Shown here: piece after piece, positions 7,935-17,017 of the stretch
How positions within the stretch are numbered: the first letter of the stretch is position 1
Layout of the letters: each line of letters begins with the position of its first letter
NCBI GenBank assembly: GCA_034676525.1
Contig: JAUCCA010000012.1
Coordinates: forward strand, 417,033-481,032
Source: Giesbergeria sp.
GTDB taxonomy: Bacteria; Pseudomonadota; Gammaproteobacteria; Burkholderiales; Burkholderiaceae_C
Reading direction: 5' to 3'
DNA length: 64,000 nucleotides
Notes under the pieces: generated by a model
The model's database searches: none
The model's input: only the letters and a program-made list of their open reading frames with translations
Told to the model about the DNA's origin: nothing
Program-made: the position numbers and the translations under genes

Positions 7935-9872
7935 TTACGCTTTGGTGTCCAGCTCAGAAGCGATGATGGTTGGCGTGTGTGCTGCGGGCACAAACGCATC
8001 CGAGAAGCAGGCACCTTCTGCCAGACCCTGCGCAAGGAAAGCCGGCACAGCCGCGTCCACCATGCGCACGGAGCCACACAGGTACACCTCGTGACCGCTA
8101 AGGTCAGGGAAATCGGCCAGCATGGCTTCGTGGACCAATCCGGTGCGCCCCTTCCACCCATCGCCTTCGACCGACTCAGACACGACAGGCACCACGCTGA
8201 AGTTGCTGTGGTCGCTTTGCCACTGCTCGCAAAGCGCCAGCATGTACAGATCTTTGCTGTCGCGCACGCCCCAGTACAGGCGCATGGGCCGCGTAACGCC
8301 ACGGGCAAAGGCGTCTTCGACAATGCTCTTGATGGGTGCGAAACCCGTCGCGCCGGCAATAAAGAGAATCGGCTGTGCACCGTCGCGCAGCGTGAACTGA
8401 CCGCGCGGTCCTTCAAACTTGATGGTGTCGCCTACCTGCATGCCCTCAAACACGTGCGTGGTAAAGCGCCCACCCGGCACCAGCCGCACATGCAACTCGA
8501 TAAGTGCGTTGTTCTGCGGTGCATTTGCAAAGGAGAAGGCACGGCGCTCGCCGTTGTCCAGCACGATGTCGATGTACTGGCCGGCGTCAAAGGCCAGGCG
8601 ATCTGCGCCGGGGAGTTCAAGACGCAGGCGCATGACGTCTTCCGCCAAATGCTCCATGTGGACCACGCGCGCCTCGTACTGCGGAATTTCAACAGCGCTG
8701 GCGCCTGTAAACCCATCGACCGAAATGACGACGTCGCCGTTGGGCACCGCGCAGCACATCAGTGCCAGGCCGCGCGCCAACTGTGCATCGGACAGTGCCG
8801 CCTTCTGGTAGGGGCGGTGCTCGACCGTGCCCTGCTCCATGGTGCACATGCACAGCCCGCAGGCGCCGTTGCGGCACTCGTACGGCAAAGCAAGGCCGTC
8901 GCGCAGGCCCGCGTCAAGCAGCGTTTCGCCCGGGCGCAAGCTGAACTCAGCAGCGTTGCCGCCCTCGCCGCGCACGGTGGCGTGCAGGGTGCCTTGACCC
9001 TTTCGGCGGGGCTGCGGCCACAGCGGCAACAAGAGCAGGACGACCGTCAACACAGACACCAGCGCCCACACCCGCCCCAGCGGCCACTCGCTCAGCAGCG
9101 GATACAGCGCAAGCAGGAACCAGTCAAGCTTCACGTCCATCACGGCTTTGGCCAAGTCGGCTGCACCGCCTTGGCTCTGAACGGGCGCTACCAATGCCAT
9201 CACCAGAAACGTGACAACCAAGCCAATGATGGTTTCCCGTGGCGGCGTGGTGCGGGCCTTGGGCACCCGCTGCACGTGAATCCACATGACGAGCAGCACG
9301 ACCAGCGGCAGACCAATGTGCAGGAAAGAAAGCAGCGAGAAGAAGCGGTCGCTCACGCTGTCGGCATACACAAAGTTGCGCATCAGCGTGCCGCTAAACG
9401 GCGGCAGCCAGTCGAGCATTTCGAAGCTGGTAACCGTGACGTACTGCGCCAGCGCGTCCCACGGCAGCATGTAGCCATTGATGCCCGAGGCATAGACCAA
9501 CCAGATCAATGCGACCCCGGTGACCCAAGAGAACCAGCGGAAACCGTGGAAAAGATCAAACGCGAAATACCGCAGCATGTGCAGCATCATGGTAAGCACC
9601 ATGGCGTCCGATGCGTAGCGGTGCACGCTGCGCAGGATGCCGCCCAGCCACCACTGACCGTTGGTCAGCGACTCGACGGAATCGTATGCGCCCGAGACAC
9701 CGGTTTCAAAGAACGCATACAAATACAGCCCGGTACCGCCGACGATCCAGAAAAGAAAGAACGTGATCGAACCGAGGTGGTACAGAGGGTTGATGCGATC
9801 GCCAAAGGCACGATTGAACAGCGCCTCAACGCGCATGAACATCCACTGCAGGATCGATTGGAACGCTTTCAT
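7935..9872 (-). CDS. Fusion: cytochrome b (b/b6-type) + [2Fe-2S] ferredoxin + FAD/NAD(P)H reductase (FNR-like)
   Basis: Four heme-b His (SVHRY..MLHML, FLHIG..WIHVQR). CRNGACGLC...MCC ferredoxin. RAFSFAN, GPRGQF, AGATGFAP and YLCGS FNR motifs. Confidence 0.88.
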   Translation of the reverse strand: MKAFQSILQWMFMRVEALFNRAFGDRINPLYHLGSITFFLFWIVGGTGLYLYAFFETGVSGAYDSVESLTNGQWWLGGILRSVHRYASDAMVLTMMLHMLRYFAFDLFHGFRWFSWVTGVALIWLVYASGINGYMLPWDALAQYVTVTSFEMLDWLPPFSGTLMRNFVYADSVSDRFFSLLSFLHIGLPLVVLLVMWIHVQRVPKARTTPPRETIIGLVVTFLVMALVAPVQSQGGAADLAKAVMDVKLDWFLLALYPLLSEWPLGRVWALVSVLTVVLLLLPLWPQPRRKGQGTLHATVRGEGGNAAEFSLRPGETLLDAGLRDGLALPYECRNGACGLCMCTMEQGTVEHRPYQKAALSDAQLARGLALMCCAVPNGDVVISVDGFTGASAVEIPQYEARVVHMEHLAEDVMRLRLELPGADRLAFDAGQYIDIVLDNGERRAFSFANAPQNNALIELHVRLVPGGRFTTHVFEGMQVGDTIKFEGPRGQFTLRDGAQPILFIAGATGFAPIKSIVEDAFARGVTRPMRLYWGVRDSKDLYMLALCEQWQSDHSNFSVVPVVSESVEGDGWKGRTGLVHEAMLADFPDLSGHEVYLCGSVRMVDAAVPAFLAQGLAEGACFSDAFVPAAHTPTIIASELDTKA

Positions 9873-11329
9873 GAAGAAACCACCATTTCGCTGGCAGCGG
9901 GCAGGCCCGCGCCTGGATGGCGACGCATCGCGCGCACTGCCACCACAATGAACAAAACACCACCCACGATGGCAACCAGACCCCCCAGGCCCATCAACGC
10001 CATGCCTGCGACTTCCGCATTGGAGCGCAAGACCTGCTCAGCGCCCGCCACTTTGCGCTGTACGCCGTAGCCGCCCGACCACACCAATCCAACAATGTGC
10101 ATCAGCTGGCCGAGGCCATAAACCCAAGGCTGTGCAACCGCCAAGCGCCCCTTAGGCGCTGCGTATCCGAGGAATGGCAGCAGGTGGTACACGAGCCCCA
10201 TAAGCGCGAGCGTCACACCGACGATGCAGCCGTGGTAGTGCGCAGGGATGCGCACATTGCTGCCGCTGATGAAGATCCCGATCACCCCGCCGGCACCAAA
10301 CAGCAATATCGAAGACAGCACGGCAGCGCGCAGCGGGTGTTGCGTGTCGCGTGTGAGCGGCAAGCGGTACAGCGCCACGACCACCGCCAACGCCACCGGC
10401 ACGATGGCGGTGCCGCCGCCTGCGCGCATCGCCCACGTCAACAGCGCGCGGTGTTCCACCGAGCTGATGTCGTAGGCAAGGTAGGCCCAAGGCGTCACAA
10501 ACACGCCCACCAATGCCAACGCGAACATAAACAAAGTGACACGCGGACTCAGCCGCAAGGTCGCGCCGCAGGCATTCGCCAGCCACAGCCACCCCACCAA
10601 CATGAGCAGCGTCCAGGTGAATTGCAGCGCGTGGCCCCCACCCCAAAACAAAATCTCGTAATACGCTTTGCCGGTCAGCGAGAGCGGCAATTGCACAAAC
10701 GACCAGCCAAACGCGAGGAGCGCGACCACTGTGGCCACCGCTGCCGCGCCCAAGCCAAAGCCCAGCGCACCTCGGCCATCAAACGCCGTACCGAGGCGTG
10801 GCGCGGCCAAGATGCCGCGCAGCGCGAGCACACCGACACCCAGACCAAAAACCACAAGACCACCGAGGAACATCGGTGAGCGCAACACGGGAATGTAATT
10901 GGCCATGATCGGCTCGCCCGCGTTCAGGAAGGGCGCGAGCGTCATGGCGGCTGTGCCGATGGCACAGATCCAAAGCGCAGCCCACCCCCAACGCAGACCC
11001 TGGGCGGTGCCGTACAGACTCCAGAGCAGGCCCGCCATCGCCATGAACCACACGAGGACCGACAGGTCCACATGCAGCACCAAGGAAACATGAAAAAAGT
11101 CGGCTGCAGGTAGCAGCCGGTTTACGCCCGGTGTACGCGAGAGCACCAGCAGAATGGAAAAGAGGCCAGAGCCCACCAGCGCCACTAGGCCAAGCCACAA
11201 CCAGCCTCGTGCCAAGCTGCGGCGCGCATCCTGCGGGACGGCAAGCGAATAGTCTGCCGCGGCTGAGGCGGGCACGGGCCTAGCAGACCCGCCGGCGACA
11301 CCAATGGAAGACGGAGCGACCGCGCTCAT
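9869..11329 (-). CDS. Divergent heme-copper oxidase subunit I-like membrane protein lacking the helix VII His-His pair
   Basis: Multi-TM. LVLHVDLS (helix II His), FWGGGHALQF (helix VI His) and IPAHYHG (helix X HxH) are kept; the HH pair aligns to AY. Confidence 0.75.
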   Translation of the reverse strand: MSAVAPSSIGVAGGSARPVPASAAADYSLAVPQDARRSLARGWLWLGLVALVGSGLFSILLVLSRTPGVNRLLPAADFFHVSLVLHVDLSVLVWFMAMAGLLWSLYGTAQGLRWGWAALWICAIGTAAMTLAPFLNAGEPIMANYIPVLRSPMFLGGLVVFGLGVGVLALRGILAAPRLGTAFDGRGALGFGLGAAAVATVVALLAFGWSFVQLPLSLTGKAYYEILFWGGGHALQFTWTLLMLVGWLWLANACGATLRLSPRVTLFMFALALVGVFVTPWAYLAYDISSVEHRALLTWAMRAGGGTAIVPVALAVVVALYRLPLTRDTQHPLRAAVLSSILLFGAGGVIGIFISGSNVRIPAHYHGCIVGVTLALMGLVYHLLPFLGYAAPKGRLAVAQPWVYGLGQLMHIVGLVWSGGYGVQRKVAGAEQVLRSNAEVAGMALMGLGGLVAIVGGVLFIVVAVRAMRRHPGAGLPAASEMVVSS

Positions 11330-11829
11330 AGCAACACGATGCCTCCGCGTTCGGCATCGAAGTCAATGACCAGCACTTGTGAAGGTTTGAGATTCACAGT
11401 CGCTTCGTGCTGGTGGTTAAACCCGTCGGTCGCGTTGGTGTCGCGCATACGCACCGTAATGCGGTGCGTGCCAGCGCCGACCTCCAGGCGCTTGTAGACA
11501 GTGGAAGCACCATCGCGCGAGAGCCCTGACGGTGCGGCGGTGTGGCGATAGGCAGGCTTACCGTCGATGTCGAGCTCCACCGTCACGGAAGCACGTTCGC
11601 GCTCGCACTTGAGTGGCGCGCGCATGTTGGGCGCCAACTTGGCGAGCTCCTCTGCCGTATAGGGGCGGCACTCTGCAACGCGCTGCCCGTGGTGGACGAA
11701 GCTCAGCTTGATGAGCGCCTCATCCGCCGCGAGCGGCGAGAACGCTGGCCACTGCGAAAAAACGCCTACCAGCAGCGCAAAACTGCCGTACAGCAGTGCT
11801 TGGCCTGCGAGGACGAAAACGCGATTCAT
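11326..11829 (-). CDS. Membrane-anchored hypothetical protein (one TM, beta-rich soluble domain, 2 Cys)
   Basis: 4-nt overlaps with both neighbours; N-terminal hydrophobic helix; HHG and C..C motifs. Confidence 0.8.
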   Translation of the reverse strand: MNRVFVLAGQALLYGSFALLVGVFSQWPAFSPLAADEALIKLSFVHHGQRVAECRPYTAEELAKLAPNMRAPLKCERERASVTVELDIDGKPAYRHTAAPSGLSRDGASTVYKRLEVGAGTHRITVRMRDTNATDGFNHQHEATVNLKPSQVLVIDFDAERGGIVLL

Positions 11830-13490
11830 GCAAAAGACTCCGAATGGACAAAAGATTCTGCCGTGCGCACGCGCAGGGCCTTGAGCGCGGCCGCGAGCGC
11901 GGCCTCATCACCAGCATCGACGGCAACCAGCGACCAAGCTTCCTTCGGTACGCTGGCACGCAGGCGTGGCTCACGTTGACCGTTAAGACGCTCGCGCGTC
12001 CAGCGCTCACCCAGCCGAAATTCGCAGCCGCCTTCACGACAAGTCGCCACCAGCACGCCAGTGGCGCCTGCACGCAAGGCGTATTCAAGAAACGATGGCG
12101 GCAGCAAACCTGTGCACACCAGCGGCAGCGTCAAGACATCGTCCGCGGCAACCCCGGCCAGCTGCGCGCCTTGCGCACAGCCAAACACCACAAAGCGCTG
12201 AGACCCTGAAAGTGCCGCAAGACCAGCCAGCATCTGCTGGCGCAATGCATCAATCGGCCATTGCGGCATGTCGATACCAGTATGCAGCACCTGCGCGCTG
12301 CGAAACGGCGTGGACGATGGGCAAGAGCCCACGCAAATGCCGCAACTGGCACACAAGTCGCTGCGCACCTGCGCCAGCTCCATGCCCACACGGCCGTTGG
12401 GATGCGGCACCATGGTGATCGCCGCGTAAGGGCAGTCTTCGACGCAGCGCCGGCAGCCGCTGCAGTGGTCGGGGTTGACCTCAGCGACCGCTTGCTCCAG
12501 CGCCAGTGGACGCCACGCGGTATGCGAAGTGGCGGGTGCGCCCAAATTTGACAGAAGCGCCGGCGCTACTGCCAACGCGGGGCGGCGACGCAGACCCAAC
12601 CATGGCAAAGCCACAAGCACAGCCATCACCAGCCCGAGCAGGCCCCACACCGCTCCCGCGGATGTGGCTGCGGTCAGGGGATGGATGAAAAGCAGCCACC
12701 AGTCGTACGCCAGCGCTTGCGGCACGGTGCTCAAGTCTGCGGGACCCTGACTGCGCACTGGCAAGAAGGCCGCGAGCATAAGCATGGCCAATAGCGTGCC
12801 AATTGCCAGCGTGCGCGGCGGGAACACTGAAGCGCGACTAATGCGCTGCACGTGGAACCACAAACCAAACACCAGCAAAAGGGGCACGCCCAAGTGCACA
12901 AAGACGAACAGCGAGAACAGCCGGTCGTTCAACTGCGTGCCACTCAGAAAATTGCGCGCCAGCGGCGAGGCCAGCCCGGGCAGTACATCAAGCCACTCGG
13001 CTGTCGCTGTGGCGGAAAACTGCCCGAGGCGGTCCCAGTTCAGCCAGAAGCCGCCAATCGCAGAAACGAAAAGGAGCGGCAGCAGCGGGACGCCCGTCAG
13101 CCAAGACGCTGCGCGAAAACTCCGAAATCGCCCCAACATCCATTCGCGCAGCACGTGCGCCAGCACCACCACGACCATGGCGTCGGCGCTGTAGCGGTGC
13201 AGGCCGCGCAGCAGGCTGCCCCACTGCCTAGGCTCGCGCGACAACGCATCAATTGATTGGTAGGCGCCACTGGCTGAGGTGTCGAGCACGGCATACAGAA
13301 TCACTCCGCTGAACACCAGAAGCCACAGCAACCAGAAACCCAGCGCACCCAGATGCTTGAGAGGATTGCCACTGACTCCCGCCAGTGCGTCGAATCCGTG
13401 CTCGCACGCGCGCCAAAGCCTTGCCGACGCGTGCGGCGCCACCGCAATGGGGAGCGAACTGGAAGAGGCAGCCATATGCGGCGAATTCAC
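11826..13490 (-). CDS. Fusion: cytochrome b + 2x[4Fe-4S] ferredoxin + MvhD/FlpD-like [2Fe-2S] domain
   Basis: Four heme His (GLHRY..LAHVL, FVHLG..WFHVQR). CSGCRRCVEDCP and CASCGICVGSCP. C-terminal VFGC...VCTG...GATGVLVATCREGGCEF matches the MvhD pattern. Confidence 0.85.
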   Translation of the reverse strand: MNSPHMAASSSSLPIAVAPHASARLWRACEHGFDALAGVSGNPLKHLGALGFWLLWLLVFSGVILYAVLDTSASGAYQSIDALSREPRQWGSLLRGLHRYSADAMVVVVLAHVLREWMLGRFRSFRAASWLTGVPLLPLLFVSAIGGFWLNWDRLGQFSATATAEWLDVLPGLASPLARNFLSGTQLNDRLFSLFVFVHLGVPLLLVFGLWFHVQRISRASVFPPRTLAIGTLLAMLMLAAFLPVRSQGPADLSTVPQALAYDWWLLFIHPLTAATSAGAVWGLLGLVMAVLVALPWLGLRRRPALAVAPALLSNLGAPATSHTAWRPLALEQAVAEVNPDHCSGCRRCVEDCPYAAITMVPHPNGRVGMELAQVRSDLCASCGICVGSCPSSTPFRSAQVLHTGIDMPQWPIDALRQQMLAGLAALSGSQRFVVFGCAQGAQLAGVAADDVLTLPLVCTGLLPPSFLEYALRAGATGVLVATCREGGCEFRLGERWTRERLNGQREPRLRASVPKEAWSLVAVDAGDEAALAAALKALRVRTAESFVHSESFA

Positions 13491-14347
13491 ATTCGGCGAG
13501 GTCGCCCACGGTTGCGCCGACTCGCCCGCAATTCATTGATGAAGAACACGATCATGACAATGAAAAAAGTGATGCCACCTGCCACCTGGATCGGTAAGGT
13601 GTAGTCCGCTCGGTACTCGCCTGTCTTGATGTCGTACACCGTGCACACGAGGCGAATGCGCTCGAACAGCGTGTCGAGCACGCGGTCATGGAAAACAGGA
13701 GAGCCAGCCAGAAGCAGCCGAAGGGGTTCGCCCAGATCGGCGGCATTGAGTTGCTCGCCATAGATTTGCCGCACGATGCGGCCTTGCGAATCCACCAGGC
13801 TGAGCTGCAGAACGTGGTCAAAACCGGCAGGCGTAGATTTGTACAAAAAACCAAAATCGCGCGTCAACGCCGGCACGTCTGCCGCGCGGGGGCTAAGGAA
13901 TTCCCAGTTGTCTCTGCCGATACGAAACTGCGCGGCAAATGCCTTGAGCGCTTCTGGAGAATCCTCTGGCTGGTTAAAGCCAATACTCACGACATTGAAT
14001 TGGCCCGGGCCGACACTCTTTTGCAATGCGTCGACGGCAATCTGCAGCGCACGCGTTGTGCCGGGACAGATTTGGAAACAACCGGTGTAGATGAAGCTCA
14101 CCAGCAGGGGTTTGCCGCGATAGCTTGAAAGCGACACCGTGCGGCCCGAGCGGTCGCGGAACAAATGCTCGCCCAGCTCCCTCCCGACTGCGTCTTCGCT
14201 CGCGCGCAATGCGAGGCGCGCGTCAAGCCCGAGCGTGGCGGCCTGCTCAGAGCCGTGCGTGATCGCTTGCGCGGGCAGCGACAGCAGGCATGCCCACCCC
14301 ACCACCCACACCAGCACCAGGGCAGTCAGGGAGCGGGATCGACACAT
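13487..14347 (-). CDS. SCO1/SenC-family copper chaperone
   Basis: FIYTGCFQICP (CxxxC), FDHVL His, thioredoxin-like fold and C-terminal TM. Confidence 0.9.
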   Translation of the reverse strand: MCRSRSLTALVLVWVVGWACLLSLPAQAITHGSEQAATLGLDARLALRASEDAVGRELGEHLFRDRSGRTVSLSSYRGKPLLVSFIYTGCFQICPGTTRALQIAVDALQKSVGPGQFNVVSIGFNQPEDSPEALKAFAAQFRIGRDNWEFLSPRAADVPALTRDFGFLYKSTPAGFDHVLQLSLVDSQGRIVRQIYGEQLNAADLGEPLRLLLAGSPVFHDRVLDTLFERIRLVCTVYDIKTGEYRADYTLPIQVAGGITFFIVMIVFFINELRASRRNRGRPRRM

Positions 14348-14360
14348 AGCAAACTCTCGT

Positions 14361-15260
14361 TCAACGGATCAGGCCGTCCACACAGGCGGCCACGAGCAAG
14401 GTGCTCAATTGGATCAAAGAGGCAAAAAACGCCGACATCGCGTGCGCACGCGTCACTTCGCGCGCCAGCACCCAAGATTTGTACACAAAATGCGCACCGC
14501 CGAAGAATGCGCCAACGGCATACACAGGGCCTGCGCCGTAGAACACAGGAAGCAAAGACGCCACCAACAGTGCGACGGTGCTGACGAACACAATGTGCGC
14601 TGCCCGCTCGTTGCCTACCACCACCGGCAACATTGGCACACCGGCTTGCGCATAGTCGGCGCGGTTGGCAATCGCCAGCGCCCAAAAGTGCGGCGGCGTC
14701 CAGAGAAACAGCACCAACGCAAGCAGCATCGGCAGCGGCCCCAGCGCAGGATCGACTGCCGCGGCGCCTGCCAACACGGCAAAACTGCCGGCCAAGCCGC
14801 CAATCACGATGTTCATGGAGCTGCGGCGCTTGAGCCACACCGTATACACAAAAGCGTAGAAGAAAGCGCCAAGAAACACATAGACGGCAGCAGCGCCGTT
14901 GAGCACCAACCACGCCGCTGCCACCGACCCCACGAGCATGGCGGCCATCAGCACCAACCACGCGGGGTGGTGTGGCAGCGCGCCGGTGACAAAAGCACGC
15001 CGACGCGTGCGCGCCATTAGATGGTCGCTGTTGTGTTCAAAGTACTGATTGAACGCGCCTGCACTGGCGGAAGCCACCAACACAGACAGCGCCAACACCA
15101 GCACCTGAAGCCAGCTGGGCGCTGGGCCAGGTGTTACCACCATGCCCACCAGCGCCGTCACCATGATGAGCGAGCCTATGCGCAGCTTGAACAACGAGAT
15201 GACGTCGCGCGTGCGCTGCACGGCCAGGCTGCGCGCGGGTTGAATCGTGTCGGTGCCCAT
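14361..15260 (-). CDS. ctaB: Protoheme IX farnesyltransferase (heme o synthase)
   Basis: LFKLRI, NQYFEHNSDHLMARTRRR, YTVWLKRR and LWTPPHFWAL. Start at ATG 15260. Confidence 0.92.
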   Translation of the reverse strand: MGTDTIQPARSLAVQRTRDVISLFKLRIGSLIMVTALVGMVVTPGPAPSWLQVLVLALSVLVASASAGAFNQYFEHNSDHLMARTRRRAFVTGALPHHPAWLVLMAAMLVGSVAAAWLVLNGAAAVYVFLGAFFYAFVYTVWLKRRSSMNIVIGGLAGSFAVLAGAAAVDPALGPLPMLLALVLFLWTPPHFWALAIANRADYAQAGVPMLPVVVGNERAAHIVFVSTVALLVASLLPVFYGAGPVYAVGAFFGGAHFVYKSWVLAREVTRAHAMSAFFASLIQLSTLLVAACVDGLIR

Positions 15261-15274
15261 GGCTTGGCTTTCTT

Positions 15275-17002
15275 TCAGGACATGCCCCACAGCTGGGCGA
15301 GGTACTTCCAGTTGATGAAGTAGTACAGCACGAATGCCACCAGGAACACCATGGCCAGCACGAAGCTTCCAGGTGCTACCAAGCCAGCCGACCCGTAAGT
15401 CTGCGCAGCCGCTGTACGTGCAGTCGGTGGAATCGGCGTGAAGCGTGGACTCACAACACCTTGATCGAGCTTCTTGCCCCACAGCAACGAACCGACCGTG
15501 ATGTAGATGTACAGAGCGCCGCCGGCGATGGCCGCCATACCGCCAATACCTACGAGGCCCATCATCAGATAGGCAGCGCCTGGCCATTCATACGCCAGTG
15601 CCGCGCCGCTGAACGCCATGTCCCAGTGCCTGCGCGAGACGCCCAAGGTGCCGGCACCCATCATGACCAAGCAGAAGAAGTACATCGAGAAACCGAAGAG
15701 GTAAGGCTGAATTTTTGCCAGCCCCGGAGAGATGGTTTCGCGCTTGAACAGCACTGGAATCAGGTAGTACGTGAGCGCCATGAACGTCAGCGTCGTGCCG
15801 ACCACCACAGTTGCATGGAAGTGACCAGGCACATAAATGGTGTTGTGAATGATCAGGTTGAGCTGCTCGGTACCCATCATGACGCCCGAAATACCGCCCA
15901 GGAAGCCAAAGCCGACGATGGAGATGAACACACCTGAGAACGTCGGGTTGCCCCAAGGCGCTTTGCGCAGCCACTCAAACAGGCCCTTGTTGTAGCCCTT
16001 GGCGCGTTGCGCCACTTCCATGGCACCGGGAACGGTCAAGCCGTGGATCATCGAAGCCAACACAGCGAAATACATGAAGTAGCTGGTGTTAACGATTTTC
16101 CACTCGGTACTCACACCCGGGTCGGCAAGCAGGTGGTGCGCACTAGCAAGCTGCAAAAACAAGATGTAAAGCAGGAAGGCGCCGCGACTGACGCGCTCGG
16201 ACATGGGCTTGGCGCCAAAACAAACCGCAGCTACCAGGTACCAGATCGAGATGTGCGCCGCTACGTTAATCTGCTGCGACGAGTGACCGAAGGCCCACCA
16301 GATGGTCCGGTAGATCAGCGGGTCGACGTTGTCGATCAGGCCAAGCGCCAGAAGATAGGTGGGGATCAGGATGATCGCGCCAGAGACGATGGTGAACACT
16401 GCAATGATGGCCGCAACGATGGCGCCGAACGTCACCAGCGGCACCGAGCCCTGATAGGTCTTGTCGCGCTTGGCTACCACCAGCGTGCCAAAGAACACGA
16501 AGCAAGCGATCAATGCGCCGACCGCAAAGAGGATCAGACCCAGGTAAAACCAAGGCGTGGCCATCATGGGCACATAAGACGTCATCATCACGCTGGAGCC
16601 GCCGCGGAACACGTCGATGTTGTTCATGACGGCGCCGACCAGCATGAGCGCGTAGGCCAACCATGCCATTTTGGGCGTGGCGATTCGACAGCGCAGCAGC
16701 GTTGAGGCACAGAAATACAGCACCGCGACCTCAAAGAAGATCATCCAGAAGATGAGCATGTTGATGCCGTGCGCGGTAAGCACCAGATAGAACGTGTCGG
16801 CGGCCAGCCAGTGCACGGCGGGCCAGCGCGTCAGCACCACGCCGATGGCGAGGATGCCGCCAACGAGCAAGGCGACCACAGCGGTCACCGCGTTGAAGAT
16901 CATCAGACGTTCGGCGCTGCGTTCGAACTGAAGGCCCGAACGCGGGCAAGTACGGTAGGTGGTGGCGCTGCCTGAGGCGAGCGCAGCAGAAGTTGCGGCC
17001 AT
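15275..17002 (-). CDS. Heme-copper oxidoreductase subunit I, B-family-derived, eNOR-type nitric oxide reductase
   Basis: All six His present (TAHG, GHSSQQIN, SAHH, GHFH). The H+4 Tyr of O2 reductases is Gln (codon 16271-16273). No cytochrome c subunit; partner is a CuA subunit II. Confidence 0.82.
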   Translation of the reverse strand: MAATSAALASGSATTYRTCPRSGLQFERSAERLMIFNAVTAVVALLVGGILAIGVVLTRWPAVHWLAADTFYLVLTAHGINMLIFWMIFFEVAVLYFCASTLLRCRIATPKMAWLAYALMLVGAVMNNIDVFRGGSSVMMTSYVPMMATPWFYLGLILFAVGALIACFVFFGTLVVAKRDKTYQGSVPLVTFGAIVAAIIAVFTIVSGAIILIPTYLLALGLIDNVDPLIYRTIWWAFGHSSQQINVAAHISIWYLVAAVCFGAKPMSERVSRGAFLLYILFLQLASAHHLLADPGVSTEWKIVNTSYFMYFAVLASMIHGLTVPGAMEVAQRAKGYNKGLFEWLRKAPWGNPTFSGVFISIVGFGFLGGISGVMMGTEQLNLIIHNTIYVPGHFHATVVVGTTLTFMALTYYLIPVLFKRETISPGLAKIQPYLFGFSMYFFCLVMMGAGTLGVSRRHWDMAFSGAALAYEWPGAAYLMMGLVGIGGMAAIAGGALYIYITVGSLLWGKKLDQGVVSPRFTPIPPTARTAAAQTYGSAGLVAPGSFVLAMVFLVAFVLYYFINWKYLAQLWGMS

Positions 17003-17017
17003 TGCTGTGTGCTCCTG

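Noticed and set aside
7857-10070. Long plus-strand ORF (737 aa) and similar long ORFs at 33472-35127, 41063-42580 and 44050-45882
   Set aside because: Antisense shadows of well-supported genes in GC-rich DNA; no motifs.
7935-13490. Calling the cytochrome b genes part of a bc1 complex
   Set aside because: No Rieske or cytochrome c1 gene in the window, PEWY is degenerate, and both genes carry large Fe-S or flavin fusions.
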